A stretch of 63,996 nucleotides of DNA, counting the filler, from Candidatus Hydrogenedentota bacterium (lineage in GTDB: Bacteria; JBFMHD01): NCBI GenBank assembly GCA_040752395.1. It is 12 parts of 12 records of this genome, joined end to end, with 100 filler letters (N's around TTAATTAATTAA, not from the genome) between each part and the next. Parts side by side here need not be neighbours in the genome. Positions count along the whole stretch, not along the records: positions 49,852 to 53,900 come from JBFMHD010000234.1; positions 54,001 to 57,990 come from JBFMHD010000235.1; positions 58,091 to 62,067 come from JBFMHD010000236.1; positions 62,168 to 63,996 come from JBFMHD010000329.1; 8 more parts are not named here. One strand, given 5' to 3'. The position numbers and the translations under genes are program-made. Below the pieces are notes generated by a model. The model was given only the letters and a program-made list of their open reading frames with translations. It was not told the origin of the DNA and did not search any database. This document shows positions 52,130 through 62,200 of this stretch, piece after piece. Positions within the stretch are counted from its first letter, which is position 1, and each line of letters opens with the position of its first letter.

Positions 52130-52259
52130 TGTTAGTCGAATATTAAAGAAATCCATAAAATAATCAACGATAATTTACAAACCAGAATCAGGTTATATAC
52201 TATTGAAAAATTTTATTCCTGACAAATTATCTTCTAAAGATGATTTCAAACCAGTAAGG

Positions 52260-53900
52260 TTAGCAGGTTGTTAGTGTCACAGAGTTCTCAAATGTTTTAT
52301 GTATCTTTGTGATAATAGTTAAAAACAGTATATAAAAAGGTAGCAGCAAACTATTGAATACTCTTTTTAAAACGTTTCCGGGATTATACTTGATTGATAC
52401 CTGGCACATATCAAGTCTGGGCGTTAGCCCTATTTTTCTCCATCTTTTTAACGGTAATATTGAAATAAATAAGTTTATCTTAAAATATGTAGCCTGTGCC
52501 TCGTTGTTATAAGGAACAACTATCAAATCATATCCTTTGCTTATACGTGGTGCAAGAAATAAAAGATTTTTCCAAAAACGAAAATACCCTGGATCTATTA
52601 CGATAATATCATTTATTCTCTCGTCTTTCTCATAAATTGATTTAAAATTTTTCTGACACACAAGGTCAACCTTTGCTTCTGGAAACATAGCTTCAATTTT
52701 AGATAAAATCAACGATATATGTCTGTGATACGATACCCTGAGAATCAATATTTTTTTAACGTTTTTGAATAAATTTATATTTTTATCAATATTAACGTAT
52801 CTTAAATTGGTAGCTGACTGGCTAAACTTTATCTGTTTTAATAAAAATGTATTAAACCTTTGAGACGACCGTTTTCTTCTAATATATGCCAGCAGTATGC
52901 TCGTAATTCTGAGCTCATCTATATTATCGTGACCTTGCTCATTGAAAATCTTACTAAATAGTTCCCGATAAAAAAAGTAGATATCAACAAAATTTTTATT
53001 ACCCGTTTCTCTTTTATATCGTACACAACTGCCAACAAGAAAACAAAAGATAGTAATAAAAACAGATATATTGCGTATCTCATTATGACTAAAAAATTCA
53101 TTCCGCATTACCGGATAAGGATTCAATACTTCGTATTCATCCCAGTCATCGGTTCTTAACCAGCCATTTTTTCTGGCTAAATTATACAGCTCAGTTCCTG
53201 GAAATGGAGTAGTTATAGCGAATTCTGGATACTCGGTCTCTATATCGGCGATTAAATTCAGGGAGTCTATAAGTTCATTATATCCTTCACCGGGATTCCC
53301 GAACATCATTAGAGTTGTGGTCTGTAGCCCAACATTATGAATCATTGTATTGAGTATCTTAACTGTTTTAACGTTTATACCTTTGCGTATGTTTTTAATA
53401 ACCTGCTTGTTACCCGACTCAACTCCTAAATCAATTCTCTGGCATCCTGCTCTTTTCATCAATTTTAGTATTTCAGTTGATAAATCTACAACTTTTGAAT
53501 TAACTGCCCAGGTGATATCCAGGTTCTTTTCAATCAATAGATTGCAAAACTGCCGCAGACGTTCTAAATCAAAAGTAAACACCTCATCGACGATAAAAAA
53601 GTTTCTAATCCCTTGAACATTAACAAAATATTCAATCTCTTTAACTATCTTCATCGCACTGCGATAGCGGTATCCTTGAAAAACGCTATGAGATGCGCAA
53701 AAAAGACAGTTATACGGGCATCCCCGACAAGTACATATCGAGATCCCATGTCCAGTTACTCCACTGTATCTTTCCTCTGGTGGACTAACCATATATTTCT
53801 CAACTGGCAAAAGATGCCAGGCAGGCATAGGTAATGAATCGAGATCCGAGATCAATTCTCTCGGCGCATTTTTGATTATCTCTCCATTGTTTCTATAAAC
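52260..53900 (-). CDS. Radical SAM protein (B12-binding class-like) with GT9-like C-terminal extension (5' truncated)
   Basis: LPMPAW, RGCPYNCLFC, GVESG, PFPGT; C-terminal KKILILR..FPEAKVDLV..YDLIV. Confidence 0.8.
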   Translation of the reverse strand, partial: VYRNNGEIIKNAPRELISDLDSLPMPAWHLLPVEKYMVSPPEERYSGVTGHGISICTCRGCPYNCLFCASHSVFQGYRYRSAMKIVKEIEYFVNVQGIRNFFIVDEVFTFDLERLRQFCNLLIEKNLDITWAVNSKVVDLSTEILKLMKRAGCQRIDLGVESGNKQVIKNIRKGINVKTVKILNTMIHNVGLQTTTLMMFGNPGEGYNELIDSLNLIADIETEYPEFAITTPFPGTELYNLARKNGWLRTDDWDEYEVLNPYPVMRNEFFSHNEIRNISVFITIFCFLVGSCVRYKRETGNKNFVDIYFFYRELFSKIFNEQGHDNIDELRITSILLAYIRRKRSSQRFNTFLLKQIKFSQSATNLRYVNIDKNINLFKNVKKILILRVSYHRHISLILSKIEAMFPEAKVDLVCQKNFKSIYEKDERINDIIVIDPGYFRFWKNLLFLAPRISKGYDLIVVPYNNEAQATYFKINLFISILPLKRWRKIGLTPRLDMCQVSIKYNPGNVLKRVFNSLLLPFYILFLTIITKIHKTFENSVTLTTC

Positions 53901-54000
53901 NNNNNNNNNNNNNNNNNNNNNNNNNNNNNNNNNNNNNNNNNNNNTTAATTAATTAANNNNNNNNNNNNNNNNNNNNNNNNNNNNNNNNNNNNNNNNNNNN

Positions 54001-54232
54001 GAAGAAGTGAGAGGTATCAGGACAGGCTACAGGCTACAGCCGGCTGGAGCCCGAAGCCCGGAGCCTGCTGAAAAGTCTTGAGTCTTGAGTCTCGAGTCCT
54101 GTTTTGACTCACGACTTGCGACTCACGACTCTTTTCATATTATCTTCAGTTTTTCATACGTTGTGTAGAGCGCAAAAACGCAATAACCCAATAACCCAAT
54201 TATCTTGCCTCTTTCGTTATCTTGTCTTTATC
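54001..54232. repeat. Composite repeat copy (contig start)
   Basis: GGCTAC, GAGTCTT/GACTCAC, TGTAGAGCGC/AACCCAA modules, reversed GATAAC module. Confidence 0.9.
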
Positions 54233-54233
54233 T

Positions 54234-56162
54234 TTACAAAGCCAACGGCAATATAATTGTAAAAGTAGAGCCTTCTCCTTTTTTACTTTTTACTTCTATC
54301 CTCCCATTGTGAAGTTCAACAAGTTTTTTTGTAATAGAAAGCCCGAGACCCGAACTTTCTATATCAGTATATAAACCTGTCTCTATCCTTGTAAAACTCT
54401 CGAAGATTTTATCTCTATCATTTTCAGCTATGCCTATTCCTGTATCACTGACTGATATATGTACAGAATTATCTTTTATATAACAATCAACCCCAACATT
54501 GCCAGCGGGTCTGTTATATTTTATAGCATTTGAGACAAGATTTGTCAAGACCTGAACTATTCTATCTTCATCACCGTTGATAAAGATATTTGAGGAAGTA
54601 TACTTTTTTATTAAAGAAACCTTTTTTTCAGCCGCGAGAGCCTCGTAGGTTAATAAAACTTTATCAATTATTTTTATAATGTCTAATTTTCTTACTCTGA
54701 GTTCAAGTTTATTAACCTCTATTCGCTGGAGATCCAGAAGAGTCGTGATAATTCTTGTCAATCTATCAGTCTCCTGTTTGATAATAGATAAGAAATTGTT
54801 AAATATCCCCCTATTATAATCATTTAAGAGTGAGATAAGTGTCTCGGTATAAGATTTAATGCTTGTTAAGGGTCCTCTCATCTCATGGCTTACTGTTTGA
54901 ATAAATTCAGTCTTTGCTCTATTTATTGATTCTAATTTAGAAACAGTATTTTGTAATTCTTTGTTTAAGAATTCAATAGCTGTATTATGGTCGCGTAATT
55001 CTATATATAAAATAAGATTTGCAATCCCCAGAGATAAAGTACCTGCAATAGTAATAAAACTCTTAATTTCATCTTCTTTGAAATCTGTATTTTTTTTTAA
55101 GAATAAAACCGAGTTTAGTTTCTGATTATAATATATAGGTATATAGATGTCCGGTCTTGAAACCTGTAATAATGAATTATCCGGTACAACTTTTCTATCA
55201 ATAAAATCTGAGATCTCAGCACCTGTACTGTATTTTTTTTTAAATCCTTTTAATTTATCGTCAAGGCCATAAAATCCAATTGAAACTAATTTATAAAATG
55301 AATTTAATTTATTGGTTATCTTTTCATAAAATTCATCAAAAGATCTTACCTCAAGCATAATTTTCGATAAATCATAAAGAACCCTGAATTCTTCCAGCTT
55401 AACTTCTAACTCCCTCTGTATAAGTTCAGTCTTTATATAAAAATTTGCAAGTTCATCAGCTAATGCTGCCTGGTCTGTAACATCAAAAAACATACAGCCT
55501 ACACTATCATTATCAATCTTAAATAAATAAATATCAAATATAGAATCAGCTATTTTACAACCACTATATCGAAAAGATTTATCTTTGAATGCTATGTTCA
55601 ACCAGTCACTTATTATTATGGGATTGTCTGTTAAAAAAGAGCTTAAAGATATTGAAAATTTTTTATTATACTTTATAATATTACCTCTTTTATCAAAAAA
55701 GAGACCCGCAACTGGTAGGTTCTCAAAAAAATCGCCAAAAATCCTTTCTTTAAGAATATTATAATGTTTCCAGTTAAGATAATCATATAAAATCTTATCG
55801 TGATCAAAACAGAGTTTTAAACCTGATGCTTTTTCAGGCTCTATTAATATAATCTTTTTCGCATCATCATCTGCAAGAGGTTCTCCTCTTCCTTTTGCTA
55901 TATATACTGTACTTATTGTATGAAATCTTTTGTCTCTATCTGGTTCTGAATATACGCCTAGTAATCTTAAATCAGTTATATCAAGTGATGTCTCTTCTTT
56001 GGCTTCACGTATAGCAGCAGATTCGGCTGACTCACCATAATCAATAAACCCACCGGGTAAAGCATAACCATAGGGTTCGTTTCTTCTTTCTATTAATATT
56101 ATCTTATTATCCATTTCTATTATTATATCAACAGTTGGATAAGGATTCTTGTAATCTCGCAT
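54234..56162 (-). CDS. Nudix hydrolase fused to a sensor histidine kinase (PAS-like, GAF-like, HisKA, HATPase)
   Basis: Nudix box GGFIDYGESAESAAIREAKEET; SHEMRGPLT, NLVSNAIKY, DTGIGI, GLGL, GEGSTF in one ORF. Confidence 0.85.
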   Translation of the reverse strand: MRDYKNPYPTVDIIIEMDNKIILIERRNEPYGYALPGGFIDYGESAESAAIREAKEETSLDITDLRLLGVYSEPDRDKRFHTISTVYIAKGRGEPLADDDAKKIILIEPEKASGLKLCFDHDKILYDYLNWKHYNILKERIFGDFFENLPVAGLFFDKRGNIIKYNKKFSISLSSFLTDNPIIISDWLNIAFKDKSFRYSGCKIADSIFDIYLFKIDNDSVGCMFFDVTDQAALADELANFYIKTELIQRELEVKLEEFRVLYDLSKIMLEVRSFDEFYEKITNKLNSFYKLVSIGFYGLDDKLKGFKKKYSTGAEISDFIDRKVVPDNSLLQVSRPDIYIPIYYNQKLNSVLFLKKNTDFKEDEIKSFITIAGTLSLGIANLILYIELRDHNTAIEFLNKELQNTVSKLESINRAKTEFIQTVSHEMRGPLTSIKSYTETLISLLNDYNRGIFNNFLSIIKQETDRLTRIITTLLDLQRIEVNKLELRVRKLDIIKIIDKVLLTYEALAAEKKVSLIKKYTSSNIFINGDEDRIVQVLTNLVSNAIKYNRPAGNVGVDCYIKDNSVHISVSDTGIGIAENDRDKIFESFTRIETGLYTDIESSGLGLSITKKLVELHNGRIEVKSKKGEGSTFTIILPLAL

Positions 56163-56212
56163 AAGATACCCCTTTGTTGCTTCGCTTTATTGTAAATTCT
56201 GTGCCAATTCGC

Positions 56213-57073
56213 TCATAGGGTTCTTATTAAATTTACTATTCTATCGAGGTCATCATCTGAATAAAAGTCTATCTCAATGCTACCTTTATTTTTCCCTCTT
56301 ATAATCCGAACACCGGTACCAAAGATTTTCATTATCTCTTCTTCAAGAGAGAGTATATTGGGGTCTTTAGTCTTTGAGAGTTCAATTTTGTCTTTATCTT
56401 TTTTTCTTCTCTTTTCTTTTGGATATACTATGTCTTCTAAACTTCGGACCGATAATTGATTATTAATTATATTATTTGCTATTTCTATAATTTTAGCATG
56501 GTCTTCAATAGCAAGCAATGAACGTGCATGACCTTTTGTGATTCTACCTTCTTTTATGTATGCCTTTACCTCCTCTGGTAAATTAAGTAATCTTATAGTA
56601 TTAGTAATATGCGACCTACTTTTACTTATTATCTTTGAGATTTCATCATGGGTTCTATTAAATTCATTGGTAAGACGTTCATAAGCAAAGGCTTCATCAA
56701 TAGGGTTTAAATCCTCTCTTTGAATATTTTCAATTATAGATATTTCAAGCATTTTTTCATCATTTATATCAAGTATTTTACAGGGAACCTCTTTAATTCC
56801 TGCTATAGAAGCTGCTCTTAATCTTCTCTCGCCAGCTACAAGTTCAAAGGTATCACCTTGTTTTCTAACAATTAATGGTTGTAATAGGCCATTTACTTTA
56901 ATAGAATCAGCCAATTCTTTTAACTCTTCTTCATTAAAGATTTTTCTTGGTTGATAGGGGTTAGGTAAAACATTTCCAATCGAGACAGTAACAATGTCTT
57001 CTTTTGGACTATCTTTATCTTTAAACTCACCTAATAGAGTTTGAATACCTCTACCAAAACCCTTATTAATCAT
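56213..57073 (-). CDS. parB: Chromosome partitioning protein ParB/Spo0J
   Basis: PNPYQPRK.F, GLLQP, AGERRLRA, ENIQREDL. Confidence 0.96.
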   Translation of the reverse strand: MINKGFGRGIQTLLGEFKDKDSPKEDIVTVSIGNVLPNPYQPRKIFNEEELKELADSIKVNGLLQPLIVRKQGDTFELVAGERRLRAASIAGIKEVPCKILDINDEKMLEISIIENIQREDLNPIDEAFAYERLTNEFNRTHDEISKIISKSRSHITNTIRLLNLPEEVKAYIKEGRITKGHARSLLAIEDHAKIIEIANNIINNQLSVRSLEDIVYPKEKRRKKDKDKIELSKTKDPNILSLEEEIMKIFGTGVRIIRGKNKGSIEIDFYSDDDLDRIVNLIRTL

Positions 57074-57827
57074 AATCGATCACTTCCTTTATAAAATTTT
57101 TAAAAGCCTGACTGGCTTTTGACTTAGGATTCAACTCCCAGACAGTTATGCCCATGGAAGATGCTTTAGCGATGTTATAATCTCTTGGAATAATACTTTT
57201 AAATATTTTATTATTAAATTTAGCTTTTAACTTATTATAAACTTCAGTATAGTAATCGATATTTTCATCGAGCATACTTACCAAAACCCCCATCACATTA
57301 AGGCCAGTATTACTGTTCTCTTTTATAATAGAATATATATTACCCAGTTGAGAGAGGCCATCTATGGTATAATATTCACAGAGTGCTGGTATTATCAGAT
57401 AATTAGATGCATTAAGGGAGTTAATTGTCAACATACCGAGCGATGGAGGGCAATCAATAATAATATAATTATATACACTATCAATGTCCTCTAATATCTT
57501 CTTTAATAATTTATCTTTATCTTCTTTTTCAAATGATTCTATTTCAAATGCTGATAAATGGATATTTGATGGGATTATATCCAGGTTATTTTTCCTTGTA
57601 AAATATATAGATGATTTAATATTACTAATTTCTAATAGTGCTTCATAGATTGTGGGAGACAAATATTCTTTTTTAAGACCCAAACCTATAGTTGAGTTAC
57701 CCTGTGGATCCATATCTATTAATAATACCTTTTTATTATTTTCAGATAAACCATAAGCTAAATGAATAGCTGTTGTTGTCTTTCCTACACCGCCTTTTTG
57801 ATTGGCAATACAGATATTTTTTGACAT
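57066..57827 (-). CDS. parA: Chromosome partitioning ATPase ParA/Soj
   Basis: NQKGGVGKTT, IDMDPQGN, IDCPPSLG. Confidence 0.95.
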   Translation of the reverse strand: MSKNICIANQKGGVGKTTTAIHLAYGLSENNKKVLLIDMDPQGNSTIGLGLKKEYLSPTIYEALLEISNIKSSIYFTRKNNLDIIPSNIHLSAFEIESFEKEDKDKLLKKILEDIDSVYNYIIIDCPPSLGMLTINSLNASNYLIIPALCEYYTIDGLSQLGNIYSIIKENSNTGLNVMGVLVSMLDENIDYYTEVYNKLKAKFNNKIFKSIIPRDYNIAKASSMGITVWELNPKSKASQAFKNFIKEVIDYD

Positions 57828-57833
57828 ATTCAA

Positions 57834-57862
57834 ATATTACGTAAACTATAAATTTTTGTCAA
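57834..57862 (-). promoter_or_regulatory. Sigma70-type promoter of parAB
   Basis: Minus strand TTGACA-17 nt-TAATAT. Confidence 0.6.
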
Positions 57863-57885
57863 GAAAAAAAATAAAAAAATTTGTA

Positions 57886-57901
57886 TGTTTCACGTGAAAC
57901 A
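57886..57901. promoter_or_regulatory. parS centromere site
   Basis: Perfect consensus palindrome TGTTTCACGTGAAACA just upstream of parA. Confidence 0.95.
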
Positions 57902-57905
57902 TTAC

Positions 57906-57989
57906 CTAATACATCTTTTTTAAATATTTGATCTTTCTTGGATATCTTTTATCTGTCTTATATCTTTTTTTTATTATAAATATATAACC
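57906..57989 (-). CDS. rsmG: Probable 3' end of 16S rRNA methyltransferase RsmG/GidB
   Basis: IIKK...TDKRYPRK C-terminal motif and position upstream of parAB. Confidence 0.5.
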   Translation of the reverse strand, partial: GYIFIIKKRYKTDKRYPRKIKYLKKMY

Positions 57990-58090
57990 TNNNNNNNNNN
58001 NNNNNNNNNNNNNNNNNNNNNNNNNNNNNNNNNNTTAATTAATTAANNNNNNNNNNNNNNNNNNNNNNNNNNNNNNNNNNNNNNNNNNNN

Positions 58091-58876
58091 GTCTTACATC
58101 TTGTGCATATTTATTTGAATACGCTACTCAATAGAGAAAGATGTGAAATAAGGGAATCATTTATCCCGCCAAATTGGAATCAATGCATAAAAGATAATCA
58201 AGGTTGGGATGAATACTGGGCTAATAAAAACAAATCAGCCTTGTTAATATACGATTTGATTGCCGCATTCTATAGGAAATATATTATTAAAAAATCGCTA
58301 AACTATTTTATTATGAAATATTTTATTAAGGATGCAAAAATTCTGCATGCAGGTTGTGGAAGTGGACAGGTAGATATTGACATAATAGGGAAATATTCAA
58401 TAACTGCATTAGATATATCGACCGAAGCTTTGGCAATATATAGAAAAGTAACTAAAGGCCATTGTAATCTTTTGCATGGTTCCATATTTGCAATCCCTGA
58501 GCCTAATGCAACTTTTGATGGCATATATAATCTTGGCGTAATGGAACATTTTACTGAAGGCGAGATAAATAACATATTAAATGAATTTAATCGCGTGCTA
58601 AAACCAAATGGCAAAATAATATTATTTTGGCCTCCAGAATTTGGCATAAGCGTCGTATTTTTAAAGTTTATCCGACACTTCATGAATGTCCTATTTAAAG
58701 AAAATATAAAACTACATCCAGATGAAATAACAAAAATTAAGTCAAAAAGACAAGTTAAACATTTATTATTAAAAGCAGGATTCTCATTGATTGAATATTA
58801 TTTTGGCCCAAAAGATTTATTCACACATGTTGTTGTTGGCGAAAAATTAAATAAGGATGGTTGCATTGAAAAATAA
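58091..58876 (+). CDS. Class I SAM-dependent methyltransferase (probably 5' truncated)
   Basis: ILHAGCGSG, ALDIS, FDGIYNLGVMEHF, RVLKPNG. Confidence 0.85.
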   Translation, partial: VLHLVHIYLNTLLNRERCEIRESFIPPNWNQCIKDNQGWDEYWANKNKSALLIYDLIAAFYRKYIIKKSLNYFIMKYFIKDAKILHAGCGSGQVDIDIIGKYSITALDISTEALAIYRKVTKGHCNLLHGSIFAIPEPNATFDGIYNLGVMEHFTEGEINNILNEFNRVLKPNGKIILFWPPEFGISVVFLKFIRHFMNVLFKENIKLHPDEITKIKSKRQVKHLLLKAGFSLIEYYFGPKDLFTHVVVGEKLNKDGCIEK

Positions 58877-59331
58877 TATAGAGTTTATTGAAGTATATTG
58901 TCCCATTTGCTCATCTTGTGATTATAACGTTCTATACTTAGATACTCTTGGCCATGATTTTCCTTGTTTTGGTTATGATTTTAGTCCGGAACATAATAGG
59001 ACATACCGGATTGTTAAATGTAATAAGTGCGGTCATGCATATAGTTCGCCAAGACCTAAATACATATATCAAAACTACCAAGATGTTGAAGATAAGGTCA
59101 TTAGATAAATTATTTAATGACAATGGGTATCAAAGATTATATATGGGCAAATATCCCTATGTAATGACATTTAGATCAATTGCAAAATCCTTAGCCAGAT
59201 ATCCTCTAATTGGGAGAATTGCGAAAAAAGCATTTAATATCCCTTATCTGACAAGTAAAAAAATTACTATTTCGCTGCCTGGTGAAATGTTCGCTATTTA
59301 TAAAAAAGTTGGGAATATAAATGAACTATAA
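58857..59331 (+). pseudogene. Zn-ribbon methyltransferase remnant, central part deleted
   Basis: N-terminal CPIC...IVKCNKCGHAYSSPRP followed out of frame by C-terminal SLDKLF...GEMFAIYKK; no SAM-binding core. Confidence 0.6.
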
Positions 59332-59383
59332 AACAGATAAATAGGAGAAAAATGGCGGAATAGTATTTTTGCTTTGAAAAAAG

Positions 59384-61234
59384 ATGTCTAATATTGTAGA
59401 AAAAATGAGAAATAATATCGGCCGATTTGAGGAATGGCTTGAGCATAATTACTGGTATAGCCTGGTTGTAATATTCTTGTTTTATTTATTTTTTCATTTG
59501 CATGGTGTTATATATTTAAGTGGTTATATGTGTTCTATTTTCCCCCTTAATGCGTTGTATATATCCAAAACATTGTTATTTAAAGACAATGTCTTAAATC
59601 CGGCATTGTCATCGGTTTATATTTCTCCTTCCAATGGGCTTTTTATCTACCCTCCAGGGATTTATCTTTTAACAAAATATTTAGGAAATGTAAGGAATAT
59701 ATTTTTATTTCTATTCCTCTTTCAAATATTTGTGCCATTTTTGATTTTTAAGCTCTGCCGTAAAATGGCATCTGTTTTTGTTTCAACGGTTGCTTCTTTA
59801 ATATCTATTTCCTACTTTGCAATTACAGGTTGGTGGGCTCCTGATTTTATTATTCAGCCGATAATGTTGCTTGTCATATTGATACTATGGCCAATTGTGG
59901 AAGGTAAAGATAAAGGATCAATTGTAAGATATATATCCGCTGGATTATTAACCGGATTGATTATGATATTAAAGCATAATATAGCTATATTTTTTACTTC
60001 GCTTTGTTTGACAATCATATTTATTAATGCTATTGTTAAGGCAAAAGATAAGGCTCAAAATTATAGAAGGTATATATTATATATTGCATTAATAGCGTAT
60101 GCCTGCTATGGCTTTGTCTTTGGCATGAAACTGTTATATTTCGATGAGATTATATTTTATTTAATTCCTTATTCTATTTATGTGTCAGCATTATTTTATT
60201 GGATCAAAAAAGATGGGTCTCTAGAGATTGATTTGCCAGTATTTATAATGAATATATTGATATATATATCGTCATTATTGATTATTCCAGGCATTATCTT
60301 TTTATGGATTGGGAGCGTAGTCGGATATTCACGATATTTGTATTCGCTTTTTGGAATGGGTCTAAAATATTTGCATATTTGGAATGAGGGAATTGTTGGT
60401 ATATTAAATACATATTTTAGGCTTCAAGAGCCTTTTTCTTTCAAAACCATTGCAAGGATTGTAAAATATACTTCGTTGTTTTGTGGCCCATTTATAATAT
60501 CTTGCTATGCGGCAATAAAATTATTCAAATACAGGCAAATAGAGATTAAGGCTAAAAAATGGTTTATTATAGTCTCAATCGCTGTTATGGGAATGTTTAT
60601 GTTCTTTCCTTTAGAAGGGTATCATATATTAATGACTAAATGGTTTATTTTTCTCTTCTTACTATTATTTCTTATTAAGGAGATGTCGCTTGAAAATAGC
60701 ATATTTTATAAGATAATATTGATATTAGTCATCCCTATTACTTTATATCCATTACGCTTTATTAAGCCAGCGAAGGTCTTAATTGGCATCCCAGAAATAC
60801 ATAATGTCATCGGTTTCCCGATAGATAATGATCTGGAAAAGGCATTGAATGATCAGATAATGGTTATTAAAAGGAGCATAAAAGGTGGCTCATATTATGT
60901 AATTGATTCTTCTGGTGCTAGCTTAACACCGCTCCTAGCATTGATAGATAATCATTATCCCCAATATTTCATTGAAATGAGGAAAGGAATTATGGAAAAA
61001 AAATCCGTTGATGCTATAATTTTTGATCTTAAAAAGGTTCAATATGCTTTGGTTAATGCAGAAGACTATAGAAAATATTTAAATAAAACTTCTAAAGATC
61101 CATATATGGTAAAAATACTCAATTATCTTAATAAAAAATATAAAGTTATAGATCAATACAAGGCACCTGATGTACCACTTCCATCTACTTACCAGATATT
61201 GAGTTTTTTGATTTTTGAAAAAAGAAAGGAGTGA
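59384..61234 (+). CDS. Polytopic membrane protein (GT-C-like)
   Basis: Many TM segments, YPPG motif, soluble C-terminal domain. Confidence 0.6.
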   Translation: MSNIVEKMRNNIGRFEEWLEHNYWYSLVVIFLFYLFFHLHGVIYLSGYMCSIFPLNALYISKTLLFKDNVLNPALSSVYISPSNGLFIYPPGIYLLTKYLGNVRNIFLFLFLFQIFVPFLIFKLCRKMASVFVSTVASLISISYFAITGWWAPDFIIQPIMLLVILILWPIVEGKDKGSIVRYISAGLLTGLIMILKHNIAIFFTSLCLTIIFINAIVKAKDKAQNYRRYILYIALIAYACYGFVFGMKLLYFDEIIFYLIPYSIYVSALFYWIKKDGSLEIDLPVFIMNILIYISSLLIIPGIIFLWIGSVVGYSRYLYSLFGMGLKYLHIWNEGIVGILNTYFRLQEPFSFKTIARIVKYTSLFCGPFIISCYAAIKLFKYRQIEIKAKKWFIIVSIAVMGMFMFFPLEGYHILMTKWFIFLFLLLFLIKEMSLENSIFYKIILILVIPITLYPLRFIKPAKVLIGIPEIHNVIGFPIDNDLEKALNDQIMVIKRSIKGGSYYVIDSSGASLTPLLALIDNHYPQYFIEMRKGIMEKKSVDAIIFDLKKVQYALVNAEDYRKYLNKTSKDPYMVKILNYLNKKYKVIDQYKAPDVPLPSTYQILSFLIFEKRKE

Positions 61235-61413
61235 AAGCAATATCAATTACTACGACATCTTTTGGAGAAAAATGGCTGAATGCTTTGAAAGAAAAGGGCT
61301 ATCAGATTATCACAAACTTCTATGGAAGAAAACTTGAAAAAGATGAGATTTTGGAAATCTGCAAGGATTCTGTTGGTATTATCGCAGGAACGGAAAAAAT
61401 TATCAAAATTTGA
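61231..61413 (+). pseudogene. Truncated phosphoglycerate-dehydrogenase-like gene
   Basis: ITTTSFG..N.YGRKL..E.....GIIAGTE, then a premature stop. Confidence 0.6.
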
Positions 61414-61457
61414 ATTTGTCTTCTAATCTACTTAAAAAACTTGAATAAACTAAGCTA

Positions 61458-61486
61458 TTGACAAAATATTTATTCCAAAGTATAAT
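61458..61486 (+). promoter_or_regulatory. Consensus sigma70 promoter
   Basis: TTGACA-17 nt-TATAAT. Confidence 0.75.
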
Positions 61487-61568
61487 AAAAATGAATGGAA
61501 AATAAATCTAGGATTGAAATGGAAAGACAAGCAATGGAAAATCTACTTAAAGGTTTGGAGGTAGAATT

Positions 61569-62067
61569 ATGAAAGTAGTCGTTTTTGGAGGAGCTGGTTT
61601 TTTAGGCAGTCATGTAGCTGATGTTTTAACTGAACAGGGTCATCAGGTTATAATCTTTGACTTGGTTAAATCACCTTATGTTAAAAATGGCCAAGATTCA
61701 GTGATCGGAGACATTACTGATATGGATAAGGTTCATCAAGTGGTTAATGGATGTGATTTAGTCTATAATTTTGCTGGAATAGCTGACCTTAATGAGGCAA
61801 AGAAAGACCCAGTGGCGACAGTAAGAAATAATATCCTAGGCACAACGATAATTCTTGATGAATGCAGAAAGAATAAGGTAAAGAGAGTAATCTTTGCCAG
61901 CACCCTTTATGTTTATAGCAAAGCCGGTTCGTTTTATAGAAGCAGTAAGCAGGCTTGCGAACTACTGATTGAGAATTATCATGAAATTTATGGCCTTGAT
62001 TTTACCATTCTGCGTTATGGCTCTCTCTATGGCCCTAGGGCTAATGAGAGCAACTGGATTTACAATA
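61569..62067 (+). CDS. NAD-dependent epimerase/dehydratase (3' truncated)
   Basis: GGAGFLGSH, YRSSK, LRYGSLYGP. Confidence 0.9.
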
Positions 62068-62167
62068 NNNNNNNNNNNNNNNNNNNNNNNNNNNNNNNNN
62101 NNNNNNNNNNNTTAATTAATTAANNNNNNNNNNNNNNNNNNNNNNNNNNNNNNNNNNNNNNNNNNNN

Positions 62168-62195
62168 CAGCTGCCCCAGTAATAACTGCTCGCAT
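62168..62195 (-). CDS. Start of a Rossmann-fold protein (truncated by gap)
   Basis: MRAVITGAA after an AGGAG RBS. Confidence 0.5.
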
Positions 62196-62200
62196 ATAAT

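Noticed and set aside
1128-58683. Many 60-165 aa ORFs antisense to or overlapping well-supported genes
   Set aside because: Shadow ORFs with no recognisable motifs or RBS.
4392-62167. Recurrent TTAATTAATTAA flanked by N-runs, and ORF ends reading XXX-LIN
   Set aside because: Artificial contig linkers, not biology; cross-gap adjacency was ignored.
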